A stretch of 63,076 nt of DNA, counting the filler, from Squatina squatina (Eukaryota): assembly GCA_031763465.1 (NCBI GenBank). It is 3 parts of 2 records of this genome, joined end to end, with 100 filler letters (N's around TTAATTAATTAA, not from the genome) between each part and the next. Parts side by side here need not be neighbours in the genome. Positions count along the whole stretch, not along the records: positions 48,328 to 63,076 come from JARFOE010000219.1; 2 more parts are not named here. The stretch is one strand, 5' to 3'. Each line of letters opens with the position of its first letter. Position 1 is the stretch's first letter. Below the pieces are notes generated by a model. That model worked only from the letters and a program-made list of their open reading frames with translations, did not search any database and was not told where the DNA came from. Positions 53,332 to 63,076 of the stretch are shown here, piece after piece. A program made the position numbers and the translations under genes.

Positions 53332-54090
53332 GACAGCTGTGGCTCAGTTGGTAGCACCCTTGCCTCAAAGTTCAAAGTCCCACACCAGAGACTTGAGCGT
53401 AAAAATCCAGGCTAACACTCCAGTGCAGTTCTGAGTGAGAGCTGCACTGTCGGAGGTGCCGGCTTTCAGATGAGACGTTAAACCGAGGCCCCGTCTGCCC
53501 TCTCAGGTGGACATTAAAGATCCCATGGCATTACTTAAAGAAGAGTTCTCCCCGGTGCCCTCAACCAACATCACTAAAGCGATATATCTGCTCACTTATT
53601 TTATTGCTGTCCGTGCACAGATTGGCTGTTGCAATTCCTACNNNNNNNNNNNNNNNNNNNNNNNNNNNNNNNNNNNNNNNNNNNNNNNNNNNNNNNNNNN
53701 NNNNNNNNNNNNNNNNNNNNNNNNNNNNNNNNNNNNNNNNNCCGACACTCCCAGTGCAGTGCTGAGGGAGTGCTGCACTGTCAGAGGTGCCGTCTTTCGG
53801 ATGAGCCGTTGAACCGAGGCCCCATCTGCCCTCTCAGGTGGACGTAAAAGATCCCATGGCCCTGTTAAACATGCAGGGGAGCTTTCCCAGTGTCCTGACC
53901 AATCTTTATTCCTCAGCCAACATCACTAAAAACAGATGATCTGGTCATTATCGCATTGCTGTTTGTGGGATCTTGCTGTGTATAAATTGGCTGCAGCATT
54001 TCCCTACATTTCAACAGTGACTACATTTCAAACTACTTCATTGCCTGTAAATTGCTGTTGAACGTCCTGCGGTCGTGAAAGGTCAAGCCC
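53332..54090 (+). mobile_element. Two Deu-SINE copies either side of a gap (53332-53641, 53742-54090)
   Basis: Both carry CTCC-AGTGCAGT..GCTGCACTGTC-GAGGTGCC..AACCGAGGCCCC..CTCTCAGGTGGAC..AAAGATCCCATGGC. Confidence 0.85.
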
Positions 54091-54183
54091 TCTCTTTAAA
54101 AGGAAGGATATCAAAGGACTCACACTCCCAATTGCATGCCAGTTACCCATGCAAAAAGGAGAGCAACATAAAGCCTGACCTAC

Positions 54184-55851
54184 CTGAAGTGCAAGGTCCA
54201 CCGCCTCTTCATACAGTTCCATTGTCTTATATATATGCACACAGGCCCGATGGTGGCCATTCTCTGCACACAGACGCAGTGCGTACTTCAGGTCATAGTG
54301 AATGTAGTTTGCATTCGATCCAGCTTGTTCCAGGTACCAGAGCAGGGCCTTGGGCTTATACTTGGCATACAGCGATAGCAGGTAGTTGTGAATTGCCTGG
54401 TCGGTGACCTCCAGCTGGTGCACGCAGAACTCCAGGTAGCGAATGGCTTCGCCGATTTGCTCCGAGCTCCCGATCTGGCTGTAATTGACCAGCGCTGGGA
54501 TGAGGTTTTTAGGATCCAGCCGCTTCCTCATGTCGATCCAGGCGTTCACCACCAGCTTGGGAATGTGCTGCATGAGGACAGGGGAAAACTTGTAGAACAG
54601 CACGGGGTCATGGTACCTGGACAGGACCTCCAGCGCTGCGCTGTAGTCGTCATGCTGGCAGTGGTGGGCCATGACCCGCTCATAATCCTGCATAATCACA
54701 GCGAAGAAGACCATGTCCTCCACATTGCCATGTCTGGCCAAGAGGTCATAGATGGTTGAGCGGTTGTTAAGCAGGCACTCCTTAATCTTGGAGCCACTCA
54801 GAAATTTCCGGAACTCCTCCCTGGTCGCATCAAACTGGTTCTGCTTGCCCTCGGTCCCTTCAAGCACGCCCAACCTGTTCAAGTAGATTTCAGTAAGCCA
54901 AGNNNNNNNNNNNNNNNNNNNNNNNNNNNNNNNNNNNNNNNNNNNNNNNNNNNNNNNNNNNNNNNNNNNNNNNNNNNNNNNNNNNNNNNNNNNNNNNNNN
55001 NNGCCAACAAGGTCAGCTGAGTTTTGTCCTCCAGTTTCAAGTTCTTCAGCTTCTTCAGAAGAAATTCCTTCAGGGCTTCCTCTTGCTTGGCTTCGATGAA
55101 CTTCAAGGCAATCTCCTCAAAGTACTTCTGAGTCAGAGCATAGTACTTGGCGCTTTCCACGTACTTCTTGTTTTGAAAGCAGTGATCGGCCTCTTTGGCG
55201 AGGACAGTGTCCAGACACTCAGGCCGGTCTTTGCAGTATTCCTTGGCCAGGTCGAACCTCCCCATGTTCATGTACATCTGCCAAACATCCCGCGATTCCT
55301 TCTGAATGTGGTACCGGAACACCGCCTTCTCTGTATAGACCCATATCAGCCCAGCCACCGAATCCTTGACCATCCGGAGGAGGCGGCCAAATTTGTCGGG
55401 GAAAGCGTCCTCAAAGACCAGCTGCCCATTCAGCGTGCAAATGGCCTTCACCCTATCGGACAGCAGCATCAGAAAATGGAACTGGGTGAGGACGATGGAG
55501 CGGGGCGGCTCAAGCTGGGGGTCAATGTCGGCCGAATACTCCCAGACCTGCACGTCGCTAAGGAGGGAATCGGGCCGGGTGTAGTCCAGGGTGCCGTACA
55601 GCACACCATTGCCCATCATCCAAGCGAAGGAGCGGGGGCTGGACCGCAGCTTTGAGGTATAGAAGGAGATCTCGCTGTAGCCCAGGCTGGCTGGGAACTC
55701 CTGGAAGCTGGGCAAAGTGTCGGAGTACTGGTTGAAGAATGGTTGGAAAATCTGCTGTTCGCCGCCCTCTGGGGCCCTGCCGACAAACTGATACAACCGC
55801 TTCCGGGTGGTGGCGATGATAAAGAACGTCCCATCCATGTTCCGCTCAACC
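54184..55851 (-). CDS. VPS18: VPS18 large internal exon, partial (pieces 55003-55851 and 54184-54902)
   Basis: SIVLTQFHFL, ESRDVWQMY..GRFDLAKEYC, FEEIALKF, WLTEIYL, LFYKFSP, AIHNYLLSLY, YDLKYALRLC and LYEEAVDLALQ|GTAG donor. Confidence 0.96.
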
Positions 55852-55951
55852 NNNNNNNNNNNNNNNNNNNNNNNNNNNNNNNNNNNNNNNNNNNNNNNNN
55901 NNNNNNNNNNNNNNNNNNNNNNNNNNNNNNNNNNNNNNNNNNNNNNNNNNN

Positions 55952-56178
55952 TTCCTCTCCAAGTCACGTAGGATCCTGACTTGGAAATATATCGCTATTC
56001 CTTCATCGTCGCTGGTTAAAAATCCTGGAACATCCTGCCTAACAGCAGTGTGGGACTACCTTCAACACATGGACTACAGCGGTTCAAGAAGGCGGCTCAC
56101 CACCACCTTCTCAAGAGCAATTAGGGGTGGGCAATATATGCTGGCATTGCCAGCGACGCCCACATCCGATAAATCAAT
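55952..56178 (+). mobile_element. LINE 3' end (CR1/L2 group), likely partner of the 48387 SINE
   Basis: KSWNxLP-like and QRFKKAAHHHL-like ORF end, followed by GCAATTAGGGGTGGGCAATATATGCTGGCATTGCCAGCGACGCCCACATCC. Confidence 0.75.
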
Positions 56179-56184
56179 TAAAAA

Positions 56185-56407
56185 AGCTAAATGGTGCAAT
56201 TTTAAATGGAGTGCAAGAACAGAGAGACCTGGGGTGCACACACCTTTGAAGGTGGCAAGAAAACTTGAGAAGGCTGTTAAAAAAGCATATCGGATCCTTG
56301 GCTTTATTAATGGAGGAATAGAGTACAAAAGCAAAGAAGTTATACTAAACCTTTATAAAACATAGTTTGGCCTCAGCTGGAGCGTTGTGTTCAATTCTGG
56401 GCACCGC
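56185..56407 (+). mobile_element. CR1 RT fragment
   Basis: EKAVKKAYRILGFINGGIEYKSKEVILNLYKT..PQLERCVQFWAP. Confidence 0.85.
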
Positions 56408-56536
56408 AGCAGGGGCCCCAATGTTGTGAGTCCTAGCACTATTTACAGGTAGCCTGCACCTCTTAAAGGGGAGGTGCATTGTGGCTGCGAGTGGTGCTGA
56501 GAGCATTCCGAACACTGTGTTGTGGAAGAATCAACA

Positions 56537-57100
56537 ATGGCTGGCCATGGGAGAGAGCGTGCGCCAAGTTTATCAGACACTGCACTGGAGGTCCTGGTGG
56601 AAAGAAAGATCGAGGCCCTCCAGACACGTGCTCAGAAGGCAGTAGAAAGTGATAGCAGCAGAGGGCAATGCCAGGAGTGTAGTTTTAAGGACCTGGATGC
56701 AGTGCAGAAAGAAGTTTAATGATCCCACACGAATTGTCAAGGTCAGTGATTGCATCTTCAAATGCCATCTCCTACCAACTGAGATACTCATCCATTGCTC
56801 AATTCACCACACCCCCAGTACTCACCTACTAACAATCTCTATCAATCAGGACTCATATCTAATATTCATATGCTTTACCTCACAGCTTGCACACACTGGC
56901 AGCTATACAGCCATGATAGCACAACACTCATTGACACACTTCCCTCTCTCTTGCAGGAGAAGGTGGCTCTCAAGTGGAAGCAGCAGGAATAAATGATAGT
57001 NNNNNNNNNNATCCCCATGGAGCTGACATTGTCGGCCATTGTGAGAAGGGCTATTGCTGAGGCTGTGGCCACTGGCGGGGCAAAGCCATTGAAGATGAGG
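56537..57100 (+). pseudogene. Harbinger Myb/SANT-like DNA-binding gene relic with intron 56742-56956
   Basis: RERAPSLSDTALEVLVE..IAAEGNARSVVLRTWMQCRKKFND (trihelix/SANT signature), AG|GTCAGT donor and CTCTTGCAG|GAG acceptor, then EKVA. Frameshifts and stops are present. Confidence 0.8.
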
Positions 57101-57441
57101 GTATCCCCATACCTAGTCTTCCTCCCACTTCTCCCTTATCCCTCAATCTCTTCTGATTTACAAGCTGCAGATGAACACTTCTTAGTTTCTCCTCTCCCCT
57201 CGTCACAACCGAACCATTGTTCCTTTTTCATTTCACGTNNNNNNNNNNNNNNNNNNNNNNNNNNNNNNNNNNNNNNNNNNNNNNNNNNNNNNNNNNNNNN
57301 NNNNNNNNNNNNNNNNNNNNNNNNNNNNNNNNNNNNNNGCCCACTTTCTTCATCCCACCATTTCAGGTCGAACCGAGCTACCCAGGCCCCAGGCACTGCA
57401 AGGTCGCTTAGGAACTCCAGCAATAGGACAAAAGAGAGAGA

Positions 57442-58015
57442 GCATTCTACACATAGATCACAGGATCTCAGTCAGAGGGGATCTGTTCTGCACAAAGATC
57501 ATGATTACAGTCAGAGGGGATCTGTTCTACACAAAGATCATTGGATTCCAGTCAAAGGTGACTGGTTCTACACAAAGATCATGATTACAGTCAGAGGTGA
57601 TTGGTTCTACACATAAACCACTGATTCCATTAAGAGGGCATCTGTTCTACACACAAACCGCTGGATCCCAGAAGACATCTGTTCCACACAGAGATCAGTG
57701 GATTCCAGTGGATTCCAGTCTGAGGGAATCTATTCTACACATAAACCACTGGATTCCATTCAGAGGATCTGTTATACACAAAACACTGGATCCTGTCAGG
57801 GGGATCTGCTCTACACATTGATCACTGGATCCTTGTCTGAGCTGATCTACTCCACACATAGATCACTGGATTCCAGTCAGAGAGGATCTGTTCTACATAT
57901 AAACCACTGGATTCCAGTCAGAGAGGATCAGTACTATGCATAAATCACTGGACCCCAGTCAGAGAGGATCTGTTCTACCTGTAGATATCTGGATCCCACT
58001 CATGGGGATCTGGTC
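57442..58015. repeat. Degenerate minisatellite, ~14 units of ~41 bp
   Basis: Consensus approx ATCTGTTCTACACATAGATCACTGGATTCCAGTCAGAGAGG. Units are head-to-tail with indels. Confidence 0.92.
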
Positions 58016-58282
58016 CAGATATCAATGAAGTCAATGGAGAATTGGTCAGGTGTAAAAGGGGACGCTAATTCCCCATCGCCCATTTTGTGCTACTGTCGAG
58101 GACCAATTCCACCCCCATTATGTCCCCATTAACTTGACCCTCATTACCTTTTGGTCCAAACAGGATTCCATAGCAGGGCTTGTGGCAGTAGGGCTGCCCA
58201 TCATGCTGCATACAGACAGAGAGGCCACGTTAGTGCACAACGCAACTTGCAGTTTATCTTGAGTTATATTCAAATACCAGCT

Positions 58283-58470
58283 GATCTCAACCAACATCAC
58301 TAAAACAGATAGTCTGGCCATTTTCTCATTGCTGCTTGTGGGAGCTTGCTGTGCGCAAATTGGCTGCCGCTCTTCCTACATTAAACAGTTCGAAACTACT
58401 TCATTGGCTGTGAAACGCTTTGGGGCATCCTGAGACCATGCAAGGCACCACAGAAATGCAAGATTGTCTT
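58283..58470 (+). mobile_element. Deu-SINE 3' half
   Basis: CTCAACCAACATCACTAAAACAGAT..GTGGGAGCTTGCTGTGCGCAAATTGGCTGC..GAAACGCTTTGGG. Confidence 0.8.
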
Positions 58471-58879
58471 TCTTAGCTGAAAAGGTTGCAAGGTAAGTGA
58501 TTGTAGAGTGAGGTCCCTCACCAGTACCGTGCTTAAAGTCCACACTGAATCACCGAGGTCTGCACGCTGCTAAATGTTCAGGAAAACGTGCAAAGCAGAG
58601 AGCTCCATCCAGCAGCGCCAAGTATAGCGCAGAGAACAGCTCCTCACGGGGGATCCACTGCTGCCTCTGGTGCTCGTAACTTGTGAGATCAGTACGGGAA
58701 GGCACCCACAGGCTGTTCGAAAGTTGCCCTTTCAATATGTTGCTTTGTGTTCAGTGTTCTGGAATTAAGACAGGCTGTANNNNNNNNNNNNNNNNNNNNN
58801 NNNNNNNNNNNNNNNNNNNNNNNNNNNNNNNNNNNNNNNNNNNNNNNNNNNNNNNNNNNNNNNNNNNNNNNNNNNNNNN

Positions 58880-59680
58880 AGGGCAGGTGTTGCATCTCGC
58901 TTGCACGGGAAGGTGCCGTGGGAAGGGGAGCGGGTTCTGGGGGTGAAGGAGGTGTGGACCAGGGTGTCACGGAGGGAGCGGTCCCTTCGGAATTCTGAAA
59001 GAGGAGGGGAGGGAAAGATGTGTTTGGTGGTGGGATCATGCTGTAAGTGGTGGAAATGGCGGGGGATGATTCATTGAACGTGGAGGCTGGTGGGGTGAAA
59101 GGTGAGGCCACGCGGAACCTTATCATGGTTCTGGGAGGGCGGGGAAGAGGTGAGAGCAGAAGTGCAAGAAACAGAACGGACACGGTCGAGGGCCATGTCA
59201 ACCACGGAAGAGGGGAATCCTCGGTTAAGCTAAAAGGAAGACATGTCGGAAGCACTAGTATGGAAGGTGGCGTCGTCAGGACAGATGCGACAGAGACGAA
59301 GGAACTGGGTGAATGGAATGGGGTGGGAGGAAGTGTAGTCCAGGTAGCTGTGGGAGTCAGTGGGCTTATAGTGGATATTTGTCAGTAGTCTGACCCAGAA
59401 ATGGAGACAGAGATGTTGAGGAAGGGAAAGGAAGATTTGGTGATGGACCATGTGAAGGTGAGGGAAGGGTGGAAATTAGAAGCAAAGTGGATGAAATTCT
59501 CTAATTCAGGGTGAGAGCAGCAAACAGCACCGATACAGTCATCAATGTACTGGAAAAAGAGGTGAGGGAGGGGACGTGAGTAGGACTGGAAAAAAGAATG
59601 TTCCACATATCCCACGATAAGGCAGGCATAGCTAGGACTCATGCAGGTTCCCATAGCAACACCTTTAATTTGGAGGAAGT
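58880..59680 (-). mobile_element. Penelope-like retroelement RT fragment, decayed
   Basis: QIKGVAMGTCMSPSYACL, YIDD, FHPSLTFT, YKPTDSHSYLDYTSSHP, IPFTQFLRLCRIC and a frameshifted GTFPC..CNTCP motif that precedes the GIY-YIG domain in this group. Confidence 0.9.
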
Positions 59681-59780
59681 NNNNNNNNNNNNNNNNNNNN
59701 NNNNNNNNNNNNNNNNNNNNNNNNNNNNNNNNNNNNNNNNNNNNNNNNNNNNNNNNNNNNNNNNNNNNNNNNNNNNNNNN

Positions 59781-60175
59781 TATTTCGCCTGAGTCAGGAG
59801 GTCGTGGGATCAAGTCCTCTCCAGAGAATTGAGCACGAAATTCGGGCTGTCACTCCCAGTACTGAGGGTGTGCTGCACTGTCAGAGGTGCCTTGACATTA
59901 AGCCGAGGCCCTGTCTGCCCTCTTAGATGGATATAAAAGATCCCATGGCACTATTCTGGTGTCCTGGACAATACTTAACCCTCAACCAACATCACTAAAA
60001 CAGATCATCTGGCCATTATCACATTGCTGTTTGTGGGAGCTTGCTGTGCACATATTGGCTGCTCCGTTTCCTATATACAACAGTGACTGCACCTCAAAAA
60101 ATAATTGAATTGACTGTGAAACGCTTTGGGACATCCTGAGGTCATAAGAGGTGCTGTAAAAGGCGTGTCTCTTTT
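59781..60175 (+). mobile_element. Deu-domain SINE
   Basis: GCCTGAGTCAGGAGGTCGTGGGATCAAGTCC head remnant, Deu core and L2-type tail. Confidence 0.85.
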
Positions 60176-60824
60176 ACATGATTCAGTATAAATTAGACAA
60201 TACTAGTTCATTGTGGATCAGATGTAAACTCAATCAGCAATCTTGTAAAACCATCACTGCAAAGTTCCCGCTGCTAATCACATTGCAGGACCAAGTGAAA
60301 TTCCAGTTGTTTATCTCTGTGGCTGTTTCATGTTTGCTCCCCTAATTGGGTCTCAGAGGCCAATCACCGAGTTTGGTTCACGGTAATGACTCAGGCTGAA
60401 AGCTTTAATTGTGAGGCAACATTTACGTCAATCAGCAGCTGTAAGCTGAGATCAGGCAGGAGGAGGCACGCATTGTGCTGAAAGCAGAGCTCTTCATAGC
60501 TTAAAAATAAAACACATTGTCAACAGGGCACAATGCTCCTTTCTCCGTGTACTGAGAGTGGCCTGCTGTCAGGGCAATGTCCCTCCATTTCTTTGATCAC
60601 CACCCAGTTACTTGCAGCTTAATTCAGCCACAGCAAAATAAGTCAACCAGTTCACGACACAAATGGCAGCCAACAACTTGCATCATCAGTTAACACTTGC
60701 GTCATCATTTTGTGGCTTCAACAAGGACCTAAAAAAATACCTATTGGCCAATTTTCATGTATTCTCTACCAGGCCACTATGCCAAGGTGAGGTCTCCAGA
60801 TCTGTTAACAACTGGCATAAAAAT

Positions 60825-61061
60825 AAAACAGGAAAGGTGGCTCAACTGTGGCTTACAAAGGAAGTTAGGGATAGCGTTAGATCCAAGGAGGAGGCATATA
60901 AATTGGCTAAAAAAAGCAGTAAATCTGAGGATTGGGAGCAGTTTAGAATTCAGCAAAGGAGGACAAAGGGATTGATTAAGAGGAGGAAAATAGAGTATGA
61001 GAGTAAGCTTGCAGGGAACATAAAAACTGACTGTAAAAGCTTCTATAGATATGTGAAGAGA
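60825..61061 (+). mobile_element. CR1 ORF2 fragment (between endonuclease and RT)
   Basis: WLTKEVRDSVRSKEEAYK..EDWEQFR..KIEYESKLAGNIKTDCKSFYRYVKR. Confidence 0.85.
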
Positions 61062-61356
61062 NNNNNNNNNNNNNNNNNNNNNNNNNNNNNNNNNNNNNNN
61101 NNNNNNNNNNNNNNNNNNNNNNNNNNNNNNNNNNNNNNNNNNNNNNNNNNNNNNNNNNNNNTGCAGCATCCCGGCACTGGTGAGAAGAGGAAGATGTGCA
61201 GCGAGCCGCTCAGGCTGCCATCTCCCCAGGCAGGCGGAGTGTGGGAGGGGAGGAGGATGCCGGAGGGGACTGACTGATCGCACACGCTGCTCCAATGCTG
61301 CTCCGTGCACAGATGGGGGGCGATTGGTCGAAATACTAATTTCGCCTTTGAATTGA

Positions 61357-61776
<420 letters not shown>

Positions 61777-62795
61777 NNNNNNNNNNNNNNNNNNNNNNNN
61801 NNNNNNNNNNNNNNNNNNNNNNNNNNNNNNNNNNNNNNNNNNNNNNNNNNNNNNNNNNNNNNNNNNNNNNNNNNNNTATATATAGTTCAAAGATGATAAT
61901 GCAAGTATCTCTTGCCTCTCCACAGATGAACTCACACCATCCAGTACTGAGTTGCTGCATGATGCCATCACAGTTTCTGAGAACAGGAAAAGCTACCAAA
62001 AACTCGCAGAATACACTACTCCAAAAGCCACAGAATTCAAGTCCACATGGGCATCTGTGCTGCTGAGAAGCAGAACACTGGAATATGACTGGCTCATCCA
62101 CATGGGTTTTCAATGGATTATATTATGCAAACAAAAGATTATTACCACAATGGGCCTAAGATGCATTGACCAATATTCTAGCCTCACACCTGGGGCACAA
62201 AGGCACCAATACAAAATATCTAGCCTGGTGTCTGGTGAAATGACCATATTGCATAACAGTGTACATTTAGCCTGGCATATATGGCAGACATATCATCTAT
62301 ATTTCCATCACCCTTGTCCTCTGAAATGGCAGCTTCAAATAGCAACTCATATAGCAATTGATTCCCTAATCAATCTACTCAGTGCACGTGTGTAAAACCA
62401 GCAGGCCTCTGTCCTTGAGTTCCAGGATGTGGCTATTCAGAGTTTTAAAGCTCTCTGAGGACCATTCTGCAGGGATTGCAAGCCAAAACCTAGCTACCGT
62501 CCCTACCCGCCAAACCAGAGCACCAATACATGGGTGATCCTTTGAGTGATGAGTCCTCCCAAAGCTTCAAAGCTGGTCCTAAGGATACGCGGGAATAAAA
62601 TATAGTTTCAATATATATTCCTCACAAAATGCCCAACACAGTGGACATTAAGATATTTATACATATTTATATAGAAGTAAACAAAAATGCTGAAGTGAAC
62701 CTTTGTAAAGATATGTTTACTTGTAGGGCTTAATCTATTTTCCTTTTTGTGACACTCTACAGTGAGTTTGGCTACACTGTTATGTAATGAGTGGA

Positions 62796-62801
62796 AATAA
62801 A
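62796..62801 (+). promoter_or_regulatory. Candidate INAFM2 polyadenylation signal
   Basis: AATAAA followed by T-rich sequence ~1 kb after the CDS. A second AATAAA is at 62594-62599. Confidence 0.35.
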
Positions 62802-63076
62802 AGAAATATTTATTTATTTGTAGACTGCATCTGTTTACTTAACTAGTTTATTTTTATCATTTCAAGGTCCCGCGTTGTCCTTTCACTAACATTATCAGAA
62901 CCGAACAATATGGTGTCCCTCCCCTCTGTAAGATGCAAATCTCAGTGCCAGGAACATTCAACCACATTAGACGTCCTTTCACTCCTGGTCCTGATTTCCT
63001 AAATATATTCATGCAGGAAGTAATTTAGACTTTGCCGAATCTTATATCGCAATTTTTGGTTCAAGAATGTTATAAA

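Noticed and set aside
54879-55002. Frameshift or split in VPS18
   Set aside because: Caused by a nominal 100-N gap replacing about 2 nt.
54075-55655. Plus-strand ORFs overlapping VPS18
   Set aside because: Antisense shadows of a GC3-rich coding exon.
57442-58015. CRISPR-like array of palindromic repeats
   Set aside because: Units are contiguous with no unique spacers, the repeats are degenerate, no cas genes are present, and the context is vertebrate.

Overview
Eukaryotic genomic DNA from a heavily gapped draft assembly. The repeat content (Deu-domain tRNA SINEs, HER1/CR1-type tails, Penelope and Harbinger relics) points to a cartilaginous fish, probably a shark; this is inference. Two artificial 100-nt spacers (44 N + TTAATTAATTAA + 44 N, at 19005-19104 and 48228-48327) split the window into three joined scaffolds. 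Block 1 (1-19004) has no recognisable host coding exon. It holds enhancer-like non-coding DNA, decayed Harbinger transposons and a CpG-island promoter. Block 2 holds six SOS2 exons, one VCPKMT exon, complete ARF6, most of CDCA4, a CLBA1-like exon that looks interrupted by an insertion, and two AHNAK2 5' exons (human 14q-like gene content). Block 3 holds LRRC57, VPS18 and INAFM2 pieces (human 15q15-like), a spliced Harbinger Myb/SANT gene relic, a Penelope relic and a ~41-bp palindrome-bearing minisatellite. Gene names come from remembered vertebrate protein sequences plus splice signals, not from database searches. I found no convincing new biological system. The best leads are the apparently disrupted CLBA1 exon, the palindromic minisatellite, and the exons missed by the ORF track.
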